DNA from: Microthyrium microscopicum
Lineage: Eukaryota
NCBI GenBank assembly: GCA_010405405.1
Contig: MU004232.1
Coordinates: 825,481-889,480 of the forward strand
Reading direction: 5' to 3'
DNA: 64,000 nt
Positions 1 through 12,434 of the stretch are shown in pieces. The notes beneath the pieces were generated by a model that saw only the letters and a list, made by a program, of their open reading frames with translations, made no database searches and had not been told where the DNA came from. Each line of letters opens with the position of its first letter. Position 1 is the stretch's first letter. Made by a program: the position numbers and the translations under genes.

Positions 1-478
1 GAAATGAGTTTGATCACAGAAAAAACGATTTATATCATCAAATTAGAATTGAACACGGATGGATGAATAGAAAAGAGAATTCTGGATACACGCTAGAAGC
101 ACATTTGTCGCGGAGCACTAGGTTGTGTCTGTATACGTTATGAGGCATGCAATTTCTACACTAGCGACTGTTGATTCGGGAGACGTCCAATTCCGCATGC
201 AGAAGTTAACTTTGCGGCCACCTCTTGGGCTGTTCCAGGATGTTTATAGAGGAAAAATATGTACTAAAATCTGGTATCGAGGGTAGCAAGGGTGTCTTAA
301 GCTTCAGCCCAGTTGTTACAACATGGGAATTGTGACCAAGAATAACGTTCCTATACACTCAACTTTCAAGACACTGTAAACAGATCTTTCGGGTCGCATC
401 CAAATACGGTAACTAAAAGATATTTTGACTGTAAATTCATCTAACCCCGATACAAGGTGCACCTCGAAGGATGGATCG

Positions 479-1817
479 TCATTGTTGGGTATCTGAAATG
501 CTGTTCCACGACAAGATAGGTTTGATAACCTGTTCACGAGAGTCAGCGAGTTAAGATTTTCACTCTGTAAGAAGTTTAACTTACAGTGCCAGCCTTCAGA
601 TCCTCCAACGCTTGCTCAATATTTTGGACATCATAGACCTTACCAAGCTTGTCGATTGGGAAGTGACCTTGCTGATAAAGTTGTATCAATTGAGGCAAAG
701 TCTAAAATGCAGTGTTTAATCAGTTCCTTTGACCAAATGAAACATATTGAGTAATGGAGATCTTACCTCGGGGGGATTACATTGGCCTTCTATAACTCCA
801 ACTAGAGTCTTGGTTGACATCAAAAAATTCAGAGGATCAATATCAATCGGCATGTCGGGTCGAGGAACGCCCACCAGTGCCATCTTGCCAGCATGACTGA
901 GGGCCTTGATTCCTTGTGCTATCAACTTTGATATCCCCGTGGTCTCAATGATATGCTCGACTCCTCCAATTGCTGCGAAAGCCGCACATATGTCATCTAC
1001 ATCGCCAGTGTTTATAGTCTCAGTTGCTCCCAAAGATCTAGCAAACTCGAGCTTGCCTGGTAAAATATCAACTGCGATTATGTGCGTTACTCCCAGAGAT
1101 TTTGCTGCCAGTAAAGCAGCACACCCTACTGCTCCCATTCCAAAAACGGCCAATCTTGTAGTAGGCGTTGGTTTTAGGACATTTAGAACTGTCCCAGCGC
1201 CCGTCTGGTAACCGCATCCCAATGGAGCCATCATGGCAAGGCTCTCTTCACTAACATCGCACGGAACAACCGAATTCTCATGCACGACTGCAAGCTTGCT
1301 GAAGGACGACTGCCCAAAGAATTGCCCACGGGCGCCTGTACCATCCAAAAGTTTGGCAGGGTGACTACCGTCTGATTTTCTTGTGCCTGCGAAGTTGATC
1401 TCCGTCGACGATGGACAATTTCCAGGTAGTCCTGAGACACAGGAAGAGCATTTTTGGCAACTGTTGAAGCTGAGTAGCACGAGCTTTCCTTTTTCAAGGG
1501 ATTTATTCTTGACAGACTTTCCAACCATTCGTATAACTCCAGCTCCTTCATGACCAAGGACTGCGGGAAAGCCGCCTACGGGCATCAAGCCATGCTGCGC
1601 AACGATGTCCTATGGCATAATATTAGTTTTTGAGGTAACTCGCTTTTCAGCATGGGATTGATACCGTATGACAGAGACCACTATATTTCATCTCCACCAG
1701 TACTTCATCATTGCGGACTTCATCCAATAATATCTCTTGCAACACAAAAGGAGACCCGGCCTTTTCAACAACTAAAGCTTGAGTGCGCATATTCTGGGAA
1801 TGGTTTTGAACAGTCAT
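479..1817 (-). CDS. Zinc-dependent (MDR) alcohol dehydrogenase, aryl/benzyl-alcohol dehydrogenase-like; 4 exons (1665-1817, 767-1609, 585-701, 479-529)
   Basis: CHTD (across intron 1) and GHEGAG catalytic Zn motifs, CxxCxxC...C structural Zn motif, GMGAVG Rossmann motif, C-terminal VIKPIL. GT-AG introns restore a continuous frame. Confidence 0.9.
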
Positions 1818-2031
1818 GATCAGTCAATGGTTTGGGTTTGTTTATTTTCTGCTACGTCCTACGGTCTTTCCTAAAGGGCGATGATTTATGTCTTTGAGCA
1901 AGGGCTTGTACGAGAGCCCAGAAAATTGCCCTGGAAGAACCTCAATTGGCATCGTCATACCCAAGATTTGGCGGTTCTCGATCCGGCATTTCAGAAGACT
2001 TGTGAACCCTTTCCACATGCCGAACTTGAGC

Positions 2032-2046
2032 TCCGCAATATGCGGA
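2032..2046. promoter_or_regulatory. Palindrome TCCGCA-ATA-TGCGGA (CCG-N7-CGG), candidate Zn2Cys6 transcription factor site
   Basis: Perfect 6-bp inverted repeat with CCG/CGG triplets in the ~570 bp divergent promoter between the ADH and monooxygenase genes. Confidence 0.35.
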
Positions 2047-2385
2047 TCATCACCCGCCAGATTTATCCATGCAGAACTTCGTCTTCCTGTGACCTCCTAA
2101 AAAGTCTAATTCCGCGACTTCATCGCAACTTAAACTCAAGTGCGCAATTGATTCCACGTTAGTAGGGAAGATATTGGAAGATATGGATTGTGACTTCACG
2201 AGATTTATTCAATCGCGATCGGGAATCAGATTATTGATCCCCTTAGTGCGCACCGTCAGCCTTGCAGAGCTCTAATCAGATAGAATAAATAGGTACCCAA
2301 CGCCCTACAGTCATTGTCATATTTCTCAAATCATCATACCATCCATAATCCAACATCTTACATCTCACGACGCACTTACTTAACC

Positions 2386-4367
2386 ATGACTCCCATCGAA
2401 ACCGAGGTCCTAATATGCGGCAGTGGAAGCGCCGGTCTCTGCGCAGGACTCTGGCTAGCTCGACTCGGAATCGACTATCAAATCATCGAGAAAAGAGATG
2501 GACCTCTAGTCATAGGACAAGCAGATGGAGTCCAATGTCGAACAGTGGAAGTGTTCGAGAGCTTCAATCTGGACAGTGATCTGGTCAAGAATGCTTACTG
2601 GGTGAATGAAGTATGTTTTTGGTCACCAAACAACACCAGCGATAGCTCTGGGGAACGAATATCGAGGAGTAAAATAACACCAGATGTTATGCCTGGAATC
2701 TCACATAAACCACATGTGATTATGAATCAGGCGTATCTCAATATGCTGCTCACAGACGACATGAAGCGCTACTCCGGGACGCCGATTTCTTACGGGGTAT
2801 CTGTGAAAGCGATTAAGGACATTGATATCGGTCAGACATATCCAGTCACAGTGATGGCAGAAAAAGATGGTGAGGTACAAGAATATCGTGCCAAATACGT
2901 CCTGGTAAGCACCAAATTGTGATTCAAGACTCAAAAGCTAAACCACTAAGGGCTGCGACGGAGCACACAGCACAGTTCGAAAGTCTCTAGGTTATCAAAT
3001 GGTCGGCGACACCAGCGACGCAGTCTGGGTACCTATTTCTCCCTTCAAGGCCACACATCCATCCCGCTAAACTCAATCTCTAGGGCGTAATGGACATCTT
3101 CCTAGACACCGACTTCCCCGACATCCGCAAAAAAGTAATCATCCGCTCAAAAGCAGGCAACATGCTAATAATCCCACGTGAAGGCGACCATATGGTTCGC
3201 TTCTATCTCGAACTGCCCCACGGTACTGTAGCGAAACAAGTTAAACTCGAAGACTTACAAGCAACAGCTACTGCCATTTTATCGCAATATAAGTTACATA
3301 TCAAACATACATTCTGGTGGTCCGCCTACGCTATTGGTCAAAGACTGGCAGACCACTTCTCCAAAGACAATCGCATTTTCCTCACAGGCGATGCGTGCCA
3401 TACGCATTCGCCAAAAGCCGGGCAAGGAATGAATCTCAGTTTGCAAGATGGCTATAACATAGGCTGGAAACTTGCCGCCGTCCTTCAAGGATATGCGAGT
3501 GAGGACCTACTGAGGACGTATAATTTGGAACGGGAGAAGACTGCGAAAGATTTGATAGCCTTTGATAGAGAGTTTACGGAGCTGTTTTCCTCAAATGCAG
3601 ACAGTCAGAGTAAAGATGCAGCGAAGGTGTTTAGTGAGTATTTTATAAAGTCGGGGAAGTATACGGCTGGCTTGACGACGAGATATGGCGACTCGATGAT
3701 TACGAATTCGCATGGGAGTAGGCAGGATTTGGCGAGAAATGTTACGGTTGGTATGAGATTGCCCAGTGCGCAGGTTGTTAGGTTGAGTGATGCAAAAGCT
3801 GTTCAACTGGGGAAAGTGTTGCAGTGTACGGGACAGTGGCGGGTGGTTGTTTTGGCTGGAGATATTGGAGATACTGGGGCGTATCAGGCGATGCAGAAGG
3901 TATTCGGGCGCGACCTTTTCTAAAGTATGGCAATGTGCTAACTTGATGTAGTTCGCAGACCACTGGGGACAAAGTGGCATCTCTCCAAAACTGGTTGAGT
4001 GTCTACTCATCTTGGACCAAGACCGCCTTGCTCTGGATGATGCTGTGATAGAAGGACAAATATCGATACCTGCGATCTTCACACCAAAAGAAGGTGAATA
4101 CAAGCTTTCATGTAAGCCAGGAAATGCTCCAGTCCCGCTTTGCTACTGTTACTAACTCTCATAGTTCACCACAAGATTCTCATAGATGAAGAAAGCTATA
4201 ATAGTGGCCATGGACAGGCCTACAAAACGCTGGGAGTGGACTCGCGGCAAGGAGCAGTGATAGTCGTTCGGCCGGACCAGCATGTTGCCATGGTCACTTC
4301 GCTTGAAGATGTTGCTGGTGTTCAAAAGTTCTTTGGTATTTTTTTGACTGGCAAATCGAGTCTGTAA
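2386..4367 (+). CDS. FAD-dependent phenol 2-monooxygenase / hydroxybenzoate hydroxylase family protein (multi-exon)
   Basis: ICGSGSAGL FAD motif, GQADGVQCRTVEVF, spliced GCDGAHSTVR, GDACHTHSPKAGQGMN, and C-terminal dimerisation domain VVRPDQHV. Introns join ORFs 2314, 3090 and 4140. Confidence 0.92.
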
Positions 4368-7300
4368 TATAACTCGCGTTGTCGTTATGTATGATATGAG
4401 ACAAAGGCTCTTCTCGTTCAAGCGGTTTAACATCATAGTATCTTGAGTTGGTTTGAGATTCCAATCTCGCTTGAACGCTAGCAATTGCTCACAATTTCTT
4501 AAAAATGAAAGAGTCCGCAAAGTATATTCATCTGCTGCCTTGTATTCTCATAGAAAAGGGATACCCTTGAAGCGGTTGAGCTACGCGACAATAAAAGTCG
4601 GTAGTTGAAGATTACATGCAGACAGCCTTGATAAATTCTTCAAGGCAATAGTTGAACCAGGTTTACTTGATAATCAGGCACGTATTCAATCGTCCTTTTC
4701 TGTGGTGTCTTCGGGTAAGACGGCAGTTACTCAAATCCTAGAAAACCCCATGAAGCATATTTGAAGATGTTATACTGGACAAGCGAAAATAGAATAGCAT
4801 ATTTCAGCTTGATAAACAAAGTAAGATTGATAACATTTGGGCTCTGCATTTGAGGATCGAAAGCAGCATGAAGCTAAAGATCAACCTCTGGGAAGAATAC
4901 ACATAAGAACAATGCCTAAACTTATCTGACCTTCCAGGATCTTATTTCTAAATCTGATTAGACCCCTGTTATGGCTGGAGAGCCGAAAAGCTCCAAAGGA
5001 ATTGAATTGCCTAGAACTCTAAAAGTCGGAGACTGATTCCCTTCTACTCCGTTTCGAACTATCATTTCACTTCAATTTGAGAAGATCCGATGGTGGCGCA
5101 AGGAATGGCCTGGAAGAAGGCTGAAAATGAGATAGATCCAGATCTGGATTCAGCCAAATAGCAACCCACAAAACGATTTGATTTTGTTTGTGCAACAACT
5201 GTATCTTTGACACTGTTAACTATAATTCCAAAACTTTGCCGCTGGTCGTTGTTTTCAAATAACAACTTGAAGCTTTTCAGATGTTCAATAGGGCCCCAAC
5301 CATCAAAAAGACACATTCCCAGGAAACGCGTTTACAAGTTGTCAGAAAAAAATGTCAAGATGCCTGAGACACCAACACTGGACCAGCAAGCATGCGGGCT
5401 GTATAAATAACATGACGTCGGCAAGTCGGACGTTTTCAAACCGTGTGTGACAACGCCATGGTCGTGAGGGCTGAGAGAATATCCACACAGTACGGTAAGG
5501 TGGTGTAACTTATGGCGGTGTTTTCCGATCCACTCTGTTGAATCTGACTGGATAGAAAGGCTAGATTTGAGGTCTGTTATATGTTTAACAGAATGTTAAA
5601 GGGGACCGTTAATGGTGGGATTGTGGGCTTGGTGGACGAGAATGGGGTTTTATCTATCAATGTGCCATGTGCACGTTTCGTGTCGTGAAATTTTCTTAAA
5701 CTGTGGAGACAGAATTGTCGAGATTGGAAATGAGCCTTGTTCTGCTTGTTAGGCGAACAATTGAAGGAGGGCCCATATTTAGAATTAGGCTCAGGCCCTG
5801 GGACGATGTGCGGGTTGCCTTGCGTTCGTGAGCACTGAAGGTGAATGCGCGGTTCAACGGCAGGAGGCAAGTCAAACTTAACTGTAGGTCAATAAGGGCA
5901 TTTGCTGCAACGATTATAGAAGTTCCTAGGTCGATATTTGTGCAATTAGGTTTATACAGCATTCGCCAGTTCTTTGAAGTAGAGAATGTGAGACTTGCAG
6001 GTTGTTGAAGAATTGAAGATGCATGTTGTTGCAGGAACGGATGGGTTGTCGATCATTCTAGGTTCGAGCATTGAGTGCCTGATGACCCTTCGGACAGTTG
6101 CAGCGTGGACATGCATGTGGCAATGCATGGCGTAAGAAGGGCTTGTAGCGACGAGTGCGAGGCCAGGTCAATGAAGCACAAGTGGTGTGGAAATGGCTTA
6201 GTGTGTGTGGTACCGATGGTAGGTTCCGCTTGGTCGCAGGGTGTATTCTTTTTGTGTTGCGAGATGATAATAGGAGTTGAGATAAGACGACGGGATAGAA
6301 CCGGATTCTGGAGGTGTCGTAACTTTCCTACAATCCTGGGCATGTCATCTATACTGGAGAGAAAAGCCGTTGAACAACGGTCAAAATAGCAGTTATGGAT
6401 GTACCTAAATGCGGCTATGCAATGTTTAAACTGGCAGCGTTGGAGCAATGGACAAATGAGACGACTTGTCAGATCCGAATTGTTACTGTTTTGGGTCAGT
6501 TCTGCGGGTGAGGCTCGCAGTCGGCTCTCCATGAATTCCGCCATACGGTATGTTAATAGATAGCCCCAAATGCCGCTGGATTTAGTGGGAATGTCGCTAT
6601 TTTGCTGGTGAATCTGACAGGCGGCTGCTGGGCTGGCGCTGTCTGGCTGGGAATTTAGGCGTCTGGCTGCGGAAAAATAGTGACCAGAGCCCCTTGAGCC
6701 CTGTCATTCTCCCCTTAAGCGCAAGTTTAAGATATCTTGAGCCTCACTAAGTAACGACCCCTGTCACAACCAACCCCTGACCCCGGACAATGGCCCATGC
6801 TCCTGCTCTCGTTCAGTTTCAGAGCAACTTCAAGTCTTGTCTGTCTAACATTTGCTCCACAACTTTCACCATTCTGCTGCTTAGGGAATCTCCCAGCTCC
6901 CAGGGCCTGTTCCTCGCCTGTCCGATGTCTGTTCCGTTGTCCAAGAGAGATACCCGTAAGCTCAACCAGCGAGTACGAGACCGTGCAGATGTCATGGTGA
7001 TAATAATATCGTCTGGTCCGGCTGTGCCAGGCCCAAGTCTTGCCCATGTCTTGTCCTGCTGTCCTCCATAAGGTATCTTCATCTCCTGCTCGCCGAGTTT
7101 CTAAAGAAGTTTTCTCTGTTCCTCTACTCTTTTGACCGTAGCCCGTTTGCTGGAAACATTCCATATCCTATCGTTTTGTTTCCCAAAAAAGCCCCTGCTT
7201 TTCCTATACTCCCGCCCATACTGCCAAAGCATTGACTGCCAGTCTGCAAATGTATGTGATCAAGTACCTTTCTTGTTTGAACACTATTCCAGTCAAAATC

Positions 7301-7431
7301 TTCCCCTGTTTCCTTGACCTCTTGCCCCATATACCCTCTATGGTTTGCCGCGTTCGTTTCCCACAAACTGCTCTACTCCAGATTGACCCATACACGTCCC
7401 GTCAGAACCCTTTGGTCTAACAGTAAACAGC

Positions 7432-9240
7432 ATGCAGCCCAACAATGCGGGCCAGATGCCTCCTCCGCTCGAGCAGCTCAGAATACCAGATGCCTACCAA
7501 TACAATAATACTACTAATATGTCCGGCCGCGACAGCCCTAAGAGTGTCTACAAAGCCCGTCATATCTCTCTTCAGTCAAGAGTCGAATCAATGCAATCCT
7601 TTCATGGCTTAGAAGACGGGAACTACCCAGACTTGCCAGCTCCATACAATCAACATCCACCACTTCCAAGAAAAAGCTACATGGCTGACGTCGCTTATCC
7701 TCCTCATCATCATGAGGATGACCACGAAAAGTTCTCGGGTGAGAGCACGCCTCGGAATGGAGGCGCCATACACGAAAAAATGGAGCATCCTCCAGCAATA
7801 CACATGTCAACGACGAGAGAATTCTTGTTCGTTGCTGTCATATCGTTAGCACATTTCATGACACAGGCCGGTCTTGGGCAAGCACTAGCACCACTCGATA
7901 TTATCGGACGGACTTTTAAAACACAAAATATGGGCCAAGAATCGTGGTTCGTTGCTGGCTACTCATTAACAGCTGGTACTTTTATTCTTGTATCTGGACG
8001 GTTGGGTGATATTATCGGTCACAAGAGAATGTTCTGCTTTGGATTTGCTTGGTTTGGTGTCTGGTCTGCCTTTGCTGGATTCGCCGCCTATACTGGACAA
8101 CAAGTTTTCTTCGATATTTGCCGAGCAATGCAAGGTGTTGGACCAGCAATTGTCATGCCCAACGGACTGGCACTTTTCGGCCGAGCTTACCCACCAGGCA
8201 TCAAAAAGAACATCGTATTCAGCATCTTTGGAGCCGTCGCACCAGCAGGCTTCGTAACTGGCGCAGTATTCGGCTCTCTCTTCGCCCAACTCGTCTGGTG
8301 GCCATGGGCATTCTGGAGCTTCGCCATCACCTGCTGGGCTCTTACAGTTCTAGCACTCCTCGCTATCCCCAGAGAACTCAGCGAAAAACCAGTCAACCCA
8401 CCTGGCTTCGATTGGAGCGGCTCAGCTGTAGGTGTCATTGGCCTCCTCCTCGTCAACATCGCCTGGAACAACGCACCCATGTACGGCTGGGGATCACCAA
8501 CCGTATACTTCCTCCTAATAATCGGTCTCCTCTGTCTCGTCGGCTTCGTGTGGATCGAGAAACGCGCCGTTTCTCCTATCCTGCCCATTTCCGCTATGAA
8601 CGGCACAGTCTGCTTCGTGCTCATTTGCGTCGGTGTCGGCTGGGGTGCATTTGGTGTCTGGGTCTTCTACACCTTCCGCTTCCTCGAAACCGTCCGCCAT
8701 CTCTCACCACTTACCGTAGCAGCGCAATACGGACCAGCACCAATATGCGGTCTCCTCGCATCAGGTCTTACTGGCTTCATGTTAACGCACACGCCCGTTA
8801 GCTTCACCATGTTCATGTCCATGTGCGCCTTCTGTCTCGGCATAATAATCGCCGCCTTCCAACCAATGCAACAAATCTACTGGGCACAAATGTTCGTCTC
8901 CATCGTAATTATGCCCTTCGGCATGGACATGAGTTTCCCCGCCGCCTCCGTCCTCCTCTCCAACCACATGCCGCCTGAGCATCAAGGACTGGCCCAAAGT
9001 CTTGTCAGCACAGTCGTCAACTACAGTATTTCCATCTCGCTCGGTATCGCCGGCACAGTAGAAGTCAATGTAGCGAAACCCGGGCCCGGCGTCGACATGA
9101 CAGACCTCAACTTCCTCTTCAAAGGATACCAATCCGGCTACTACACGGCAGTTGGACTCAGTGCCATGGGCGTGATATGTGGAGCATTGTTCTTTTTCAG
9201 AACATTTTCGAAAGAGGGCTGGAAGGTCATGGATCATTAA
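7432..9240 (+). CDS. MFS transporter, DHA2-type (ATR1/AMF1-like), about 14 TM, intronless
   Basis: SWFVAGYSLTAGTFILVSGRLGDIIGHKR, MDMSFPAA, HQGLAQSLVSTVVNYSISISLG; many hydrophobic helices. Confidence 0.92.
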   Translation: MQPNNAGQMPPPLEQLRIPDAYQYNNTTNMSGRDSPKSVYKARHISLQSRVESMQSFHGLEDGNYPDLPAPYNQHPPLPRKSYMADVAYPPHHHEDDHEKFSGESTPRNGGAIHEKMEHPPAIHMSTTREFLFVAVISLAHFMTQAGLGQALAPLDIIGRTFKTQNMGQESWFVAGYSLTAGTFILVSGRLGDIIGHKRMFCFGFAWFGVWSAFAGFAAYTGQQVFFDICRAMQGVGPAIVMPNGLALFGRAYPPGIKKNIVFSIFGAVAPAGFVTGAVFGSLFAQLVWWPWAFWSFAITCWALTVLALLAIPRELSEKPVNPPGFDWSGSAVGVIGLLLVNIAWNNAPMYGWGSPTVYFLLIIGLLCLVGFVWIEKRAVSPILPISAMNGTVCFVLICVGVGWGAFGVWVFYTFRFLETVRHLSPLTVAAQYGPAPICGLLASGLTGFMLTHTPVSFTMFMSMCAFCLGIIIAAFQPMQQIYWAQMFVSIVIMPFGMDMSFPAASVLLSNHMPPEHQGLAQSLVSTVVNYSISISLGIAGTVEVNVAKPGPGVDMTDLNFLFKGYQSGYYTAVGLSAMGVICGALFFFRTFSKEGWKVMDH

Positions 9241-11169
9241 ACAACTTAATTGCCCATCGCGAGCCAAAGCGAGCGACATTCCTAGCGGATTTGTTACATT
9301 GCCTGCCAGTTCGACGTTCTCTCGAACTCAAGAACTGCGCAAACCCATTTGGTTTTCCTATTTTACAAAGGAGCAACAACGGATACAGAGGAAGAGAAGA
9401 AATGTCTTCAATAACGCATCATGTGCATTGGGAAACCGGCGTTGAACCATATTTTTGCTACTCCTTTTATTTATCACAGAACATGTTGAATATAATTCAC
9501 CATGCGGTCTATTGGCCAGCCATCTATATTTCTCTCCATTTTTTTATCTCCTTGCTCTTGTTAGTAGCGATGTTGGTGTTCCGAGACTTGTCTGCTTCCG
9601 TGCAGTGTGAGGGATATTGGGAGTCGTCACAGGGCTGAATAGGTCTGGTGGACGATCATACAGCGACACTGTTTTGTCTCCAAACCTTGCGAGTTTTACA
9701 CATCATGATTTTTAGAAGTTTCGGCACATCGGCCTCCCTGGGCTGGGCTTCCTACCTAGAGAAATTTAGATCTCAATAATATCCAATACTTCTGTTTTTG
9801 TTACGTAGGTCACTGGTAACTTACCAGTTGGTACCTATGATGTAGAAAGATTTACAAATATATGCAGTTTATGTTTATACCAACAACCTAACGTCTCCAG
9901 TTTTATGGTTCATTTCAGTCCATATGTTCCAGAAACTATATGCTGGCCCATCATATGTCCAAACAGTGTCTAGTCAAACTCTTGGACCGTGAGCTGATAA
10001 ACTTCATTTCGTTGGTCATTGCGCAGTTTGTACTGGTGCCGGGGCCAACGGTTTGATCCGCAAGATTGACAGTTCGTGTGTGGGAGTGGTGTTTCTGTGT
10101 TTGTTAGGAGGCTGATGGTCATTGGTGGGTTTTGTGCTGTATATGATGGGTGGTATGATTTCTTATAGTGGTAATTTTGTTGTATACTCGTCGTGGTTGT
10201 GATATCTCCGAGGGGGAGAAAGTCTATTCAGGCCCTGGGAGTTTTTCTTCTGATATTTCTATTGTAGACATGTCTGTGTAAGTTTATAGATTTCTTGTTG
10301 GTGATATTGTTGGTGATATGACTTGGACAGCGAGTACCTACAGTTGATCAACAACAGAACAACACGTTAAATACCGCTTCCAAAGTATCCTAGGCCAATA
10401 CGCTGCTTTTTTTCCCCTGCTTTGAGTTGATTTATTCATCAGAAAGTGAAGAATAGTTGAAACGTCTAACAAACATGGCATTTCTCAGCACATTTGATTC
10501 ACTACATAGTGCTAGAAAATGTTTTTCCATGCTCTTGACCATAACAATGACTTCTGACTTTTGAGGCACCATTTTCTGCAGCAATTGAAATCATTCACGC
10601 CTCGAGTCTGATAACGCCGAATATAAGTTCTCATTGCTTTCGTCGATATCAACAGTATTTGCCACAGATTTACCTGCCCGATGGTGGTTTCGATCGAAGG
10701 GTTTAGCAAGCATGTTGACGTCACTATCATAGTCTGGCAAATATAAGTCGGCTACATCATATCGAGAACATGTGAGGTCTCGATACAAATACTGGTAGTA
10801 ATTTGACTCTCATAAATTATTCAATGGGATGGAAGGGTGAAAGCTAACACTTCTTTTCTAGCAATGATAATGGTTCTTGCTAGCTTTTCGACTTGGCTTC
10901 CCTACAAAATAGAATTCAACGTCCTCTCGAACAATAAGTTTTGGTTTGAGGGAAACCGCCTGTCCGCGGAAGCAGCAGGAGCGGTAGATAAGGAAAGTCC
11001 ATCAGGGTCGACCCGGGATAAAAGCGGCCCTTGGTTGCGCAACGAAGGGCGCGATGACGAGGGACAACTCCTCATAAAAGGATCCGATTCCGCAAAACCT
11101 AATAGCATCAACTACACTGCTGCCGCGAAATTCAAACCATTCACCAGGTCCTTACCAAATCTCAGAGAG

Positions 11170-11915
11170 ATGAGCTTGCAGCAATCGGGTAATTCGTGGG
11201 AGAAACATGGACTAGAACTGCAATCGGGTGAGATCAGGTAATTCGCTTTATATGACTGTCACTAAAATTCTCAGAAACATCCTCCTCTGATACATCATTG
11301 TCGACCTCAGAGAAGCCAGCTGCAAAGCGCAATAACCGACAAACACCCCTCGAGCAACACTGCGCCTTCTTTGACCGCGATCAAGACGGCATCATATGGC
11401 CACTAGACACCTTCATAAGCTTTCGCAAACTCGGCTTCAATCTACTCATCTCCATTTTCGGCACCTTTGCCATCCACGGCGGTCTTTCCTACGCTACGCA
11501 AACCTCATGGATTCCAGACCCTCGTCTGCCCGTCAACATTCCCACCGTCCATCGTGCTAAACACGGCAGCGATTCCGGCACATATGACAACGGAGGCGAT
11601 TTAGTGCCTCAGAGGTTTGAAGCCACATTTACCACATATGCTAGTGAAGGGGATTATCTCACTTTCCGAGATCTAATTCGGATGTGGATTGGTCAGCGTT
11701 GTGTTATGGATTTCTTTGGGGTGACTGCGTCAGTACTAGAATGTGAGTTTTCGAGGCCGGCTTATTATGTCGCTAGCTAACCACGAACAGGGCTCGCACT
11801 ATATCTCATGCTGTGGCCACAAGATGGTAGGATGCGAAAGGAGGATGTTCTCGGAGTATTTGATGGGAGTATCTTTTACACGGTTGCCGAAAGGCACTCG
11901 AAGGGCAAAATGTAA
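11170..11915 (+). CDS. Caleosin / peroxygenase (exons 11170-11227, 11275-11742, 11791-11915)
   Basis: LEQHCAFFDRDQDGIIWPLDTF (EF-hand), proline knot WIPDPRLP, HRAKHGSDSG, and spliced C-terminus EWLALYLMLWPQDGRMRKEDV..FDGSIF. Confidence 0.88.
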
Positions 11916-12434
11916 AGTTGTGCCGGTCTCTAGCAAAGTGAGCGTTGTTATCGCTCTTATACTTGAGGTTACCTAAAATTCTCGACCTTTTCCCAAGAAA
12001 TGGAGTGATCATCAATAAATGGTGGTCTTTTTAGATTTTAACTTCGGCTTCAATGAATTCGTGAGTATTTTGATCTTACATTAACGTGTGAGCACAACTC
12101 CTTCGACGAACTTTTCTGTGTCTCATATGAAATTACAACATCAGATTTATTTGGACGAATGAATCGTTAGATATATTGCTTCTGATAATTCCACCTTCAG
12201 CCTCATTCCATTCGCGGAGCATTAACGCCACCAACCATTTTGGGCTGGTGTAAATTTAGCACGATGCAAAAGCCAACTTCATCTCTCCTTTTTCTACTAA
12301 AGCTTTTCACCGCACTTCAAGAAATACAGGAATGATTATCTCGCGTTGCTGAGTCCTTGTTCTTTTTCCTGATTGTTGCTCGCCCTTCCTCTGAACGGTG
12401 GTTTCAGCAACATCATCCATAACCAGCTTATCAA

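Noticed and set aside
4400..7400. Many 60-160 aa ORFs upstream of the MFS gene, including a possible spliced minus-strand ORF at ~5577-6025
   Set aside because: No recognisable motifs and overlapping frames; more consistent with long intergenic or promoter DNA.
10837..11169. ORF extension upstream of caleosin and a TCCGCGGA palindrome (10963-10970) resembling a yeast PDRE
   Set aside because: The extension starts at GTG and has no family similarity; a single 8-mer is not enough evidence for a site.
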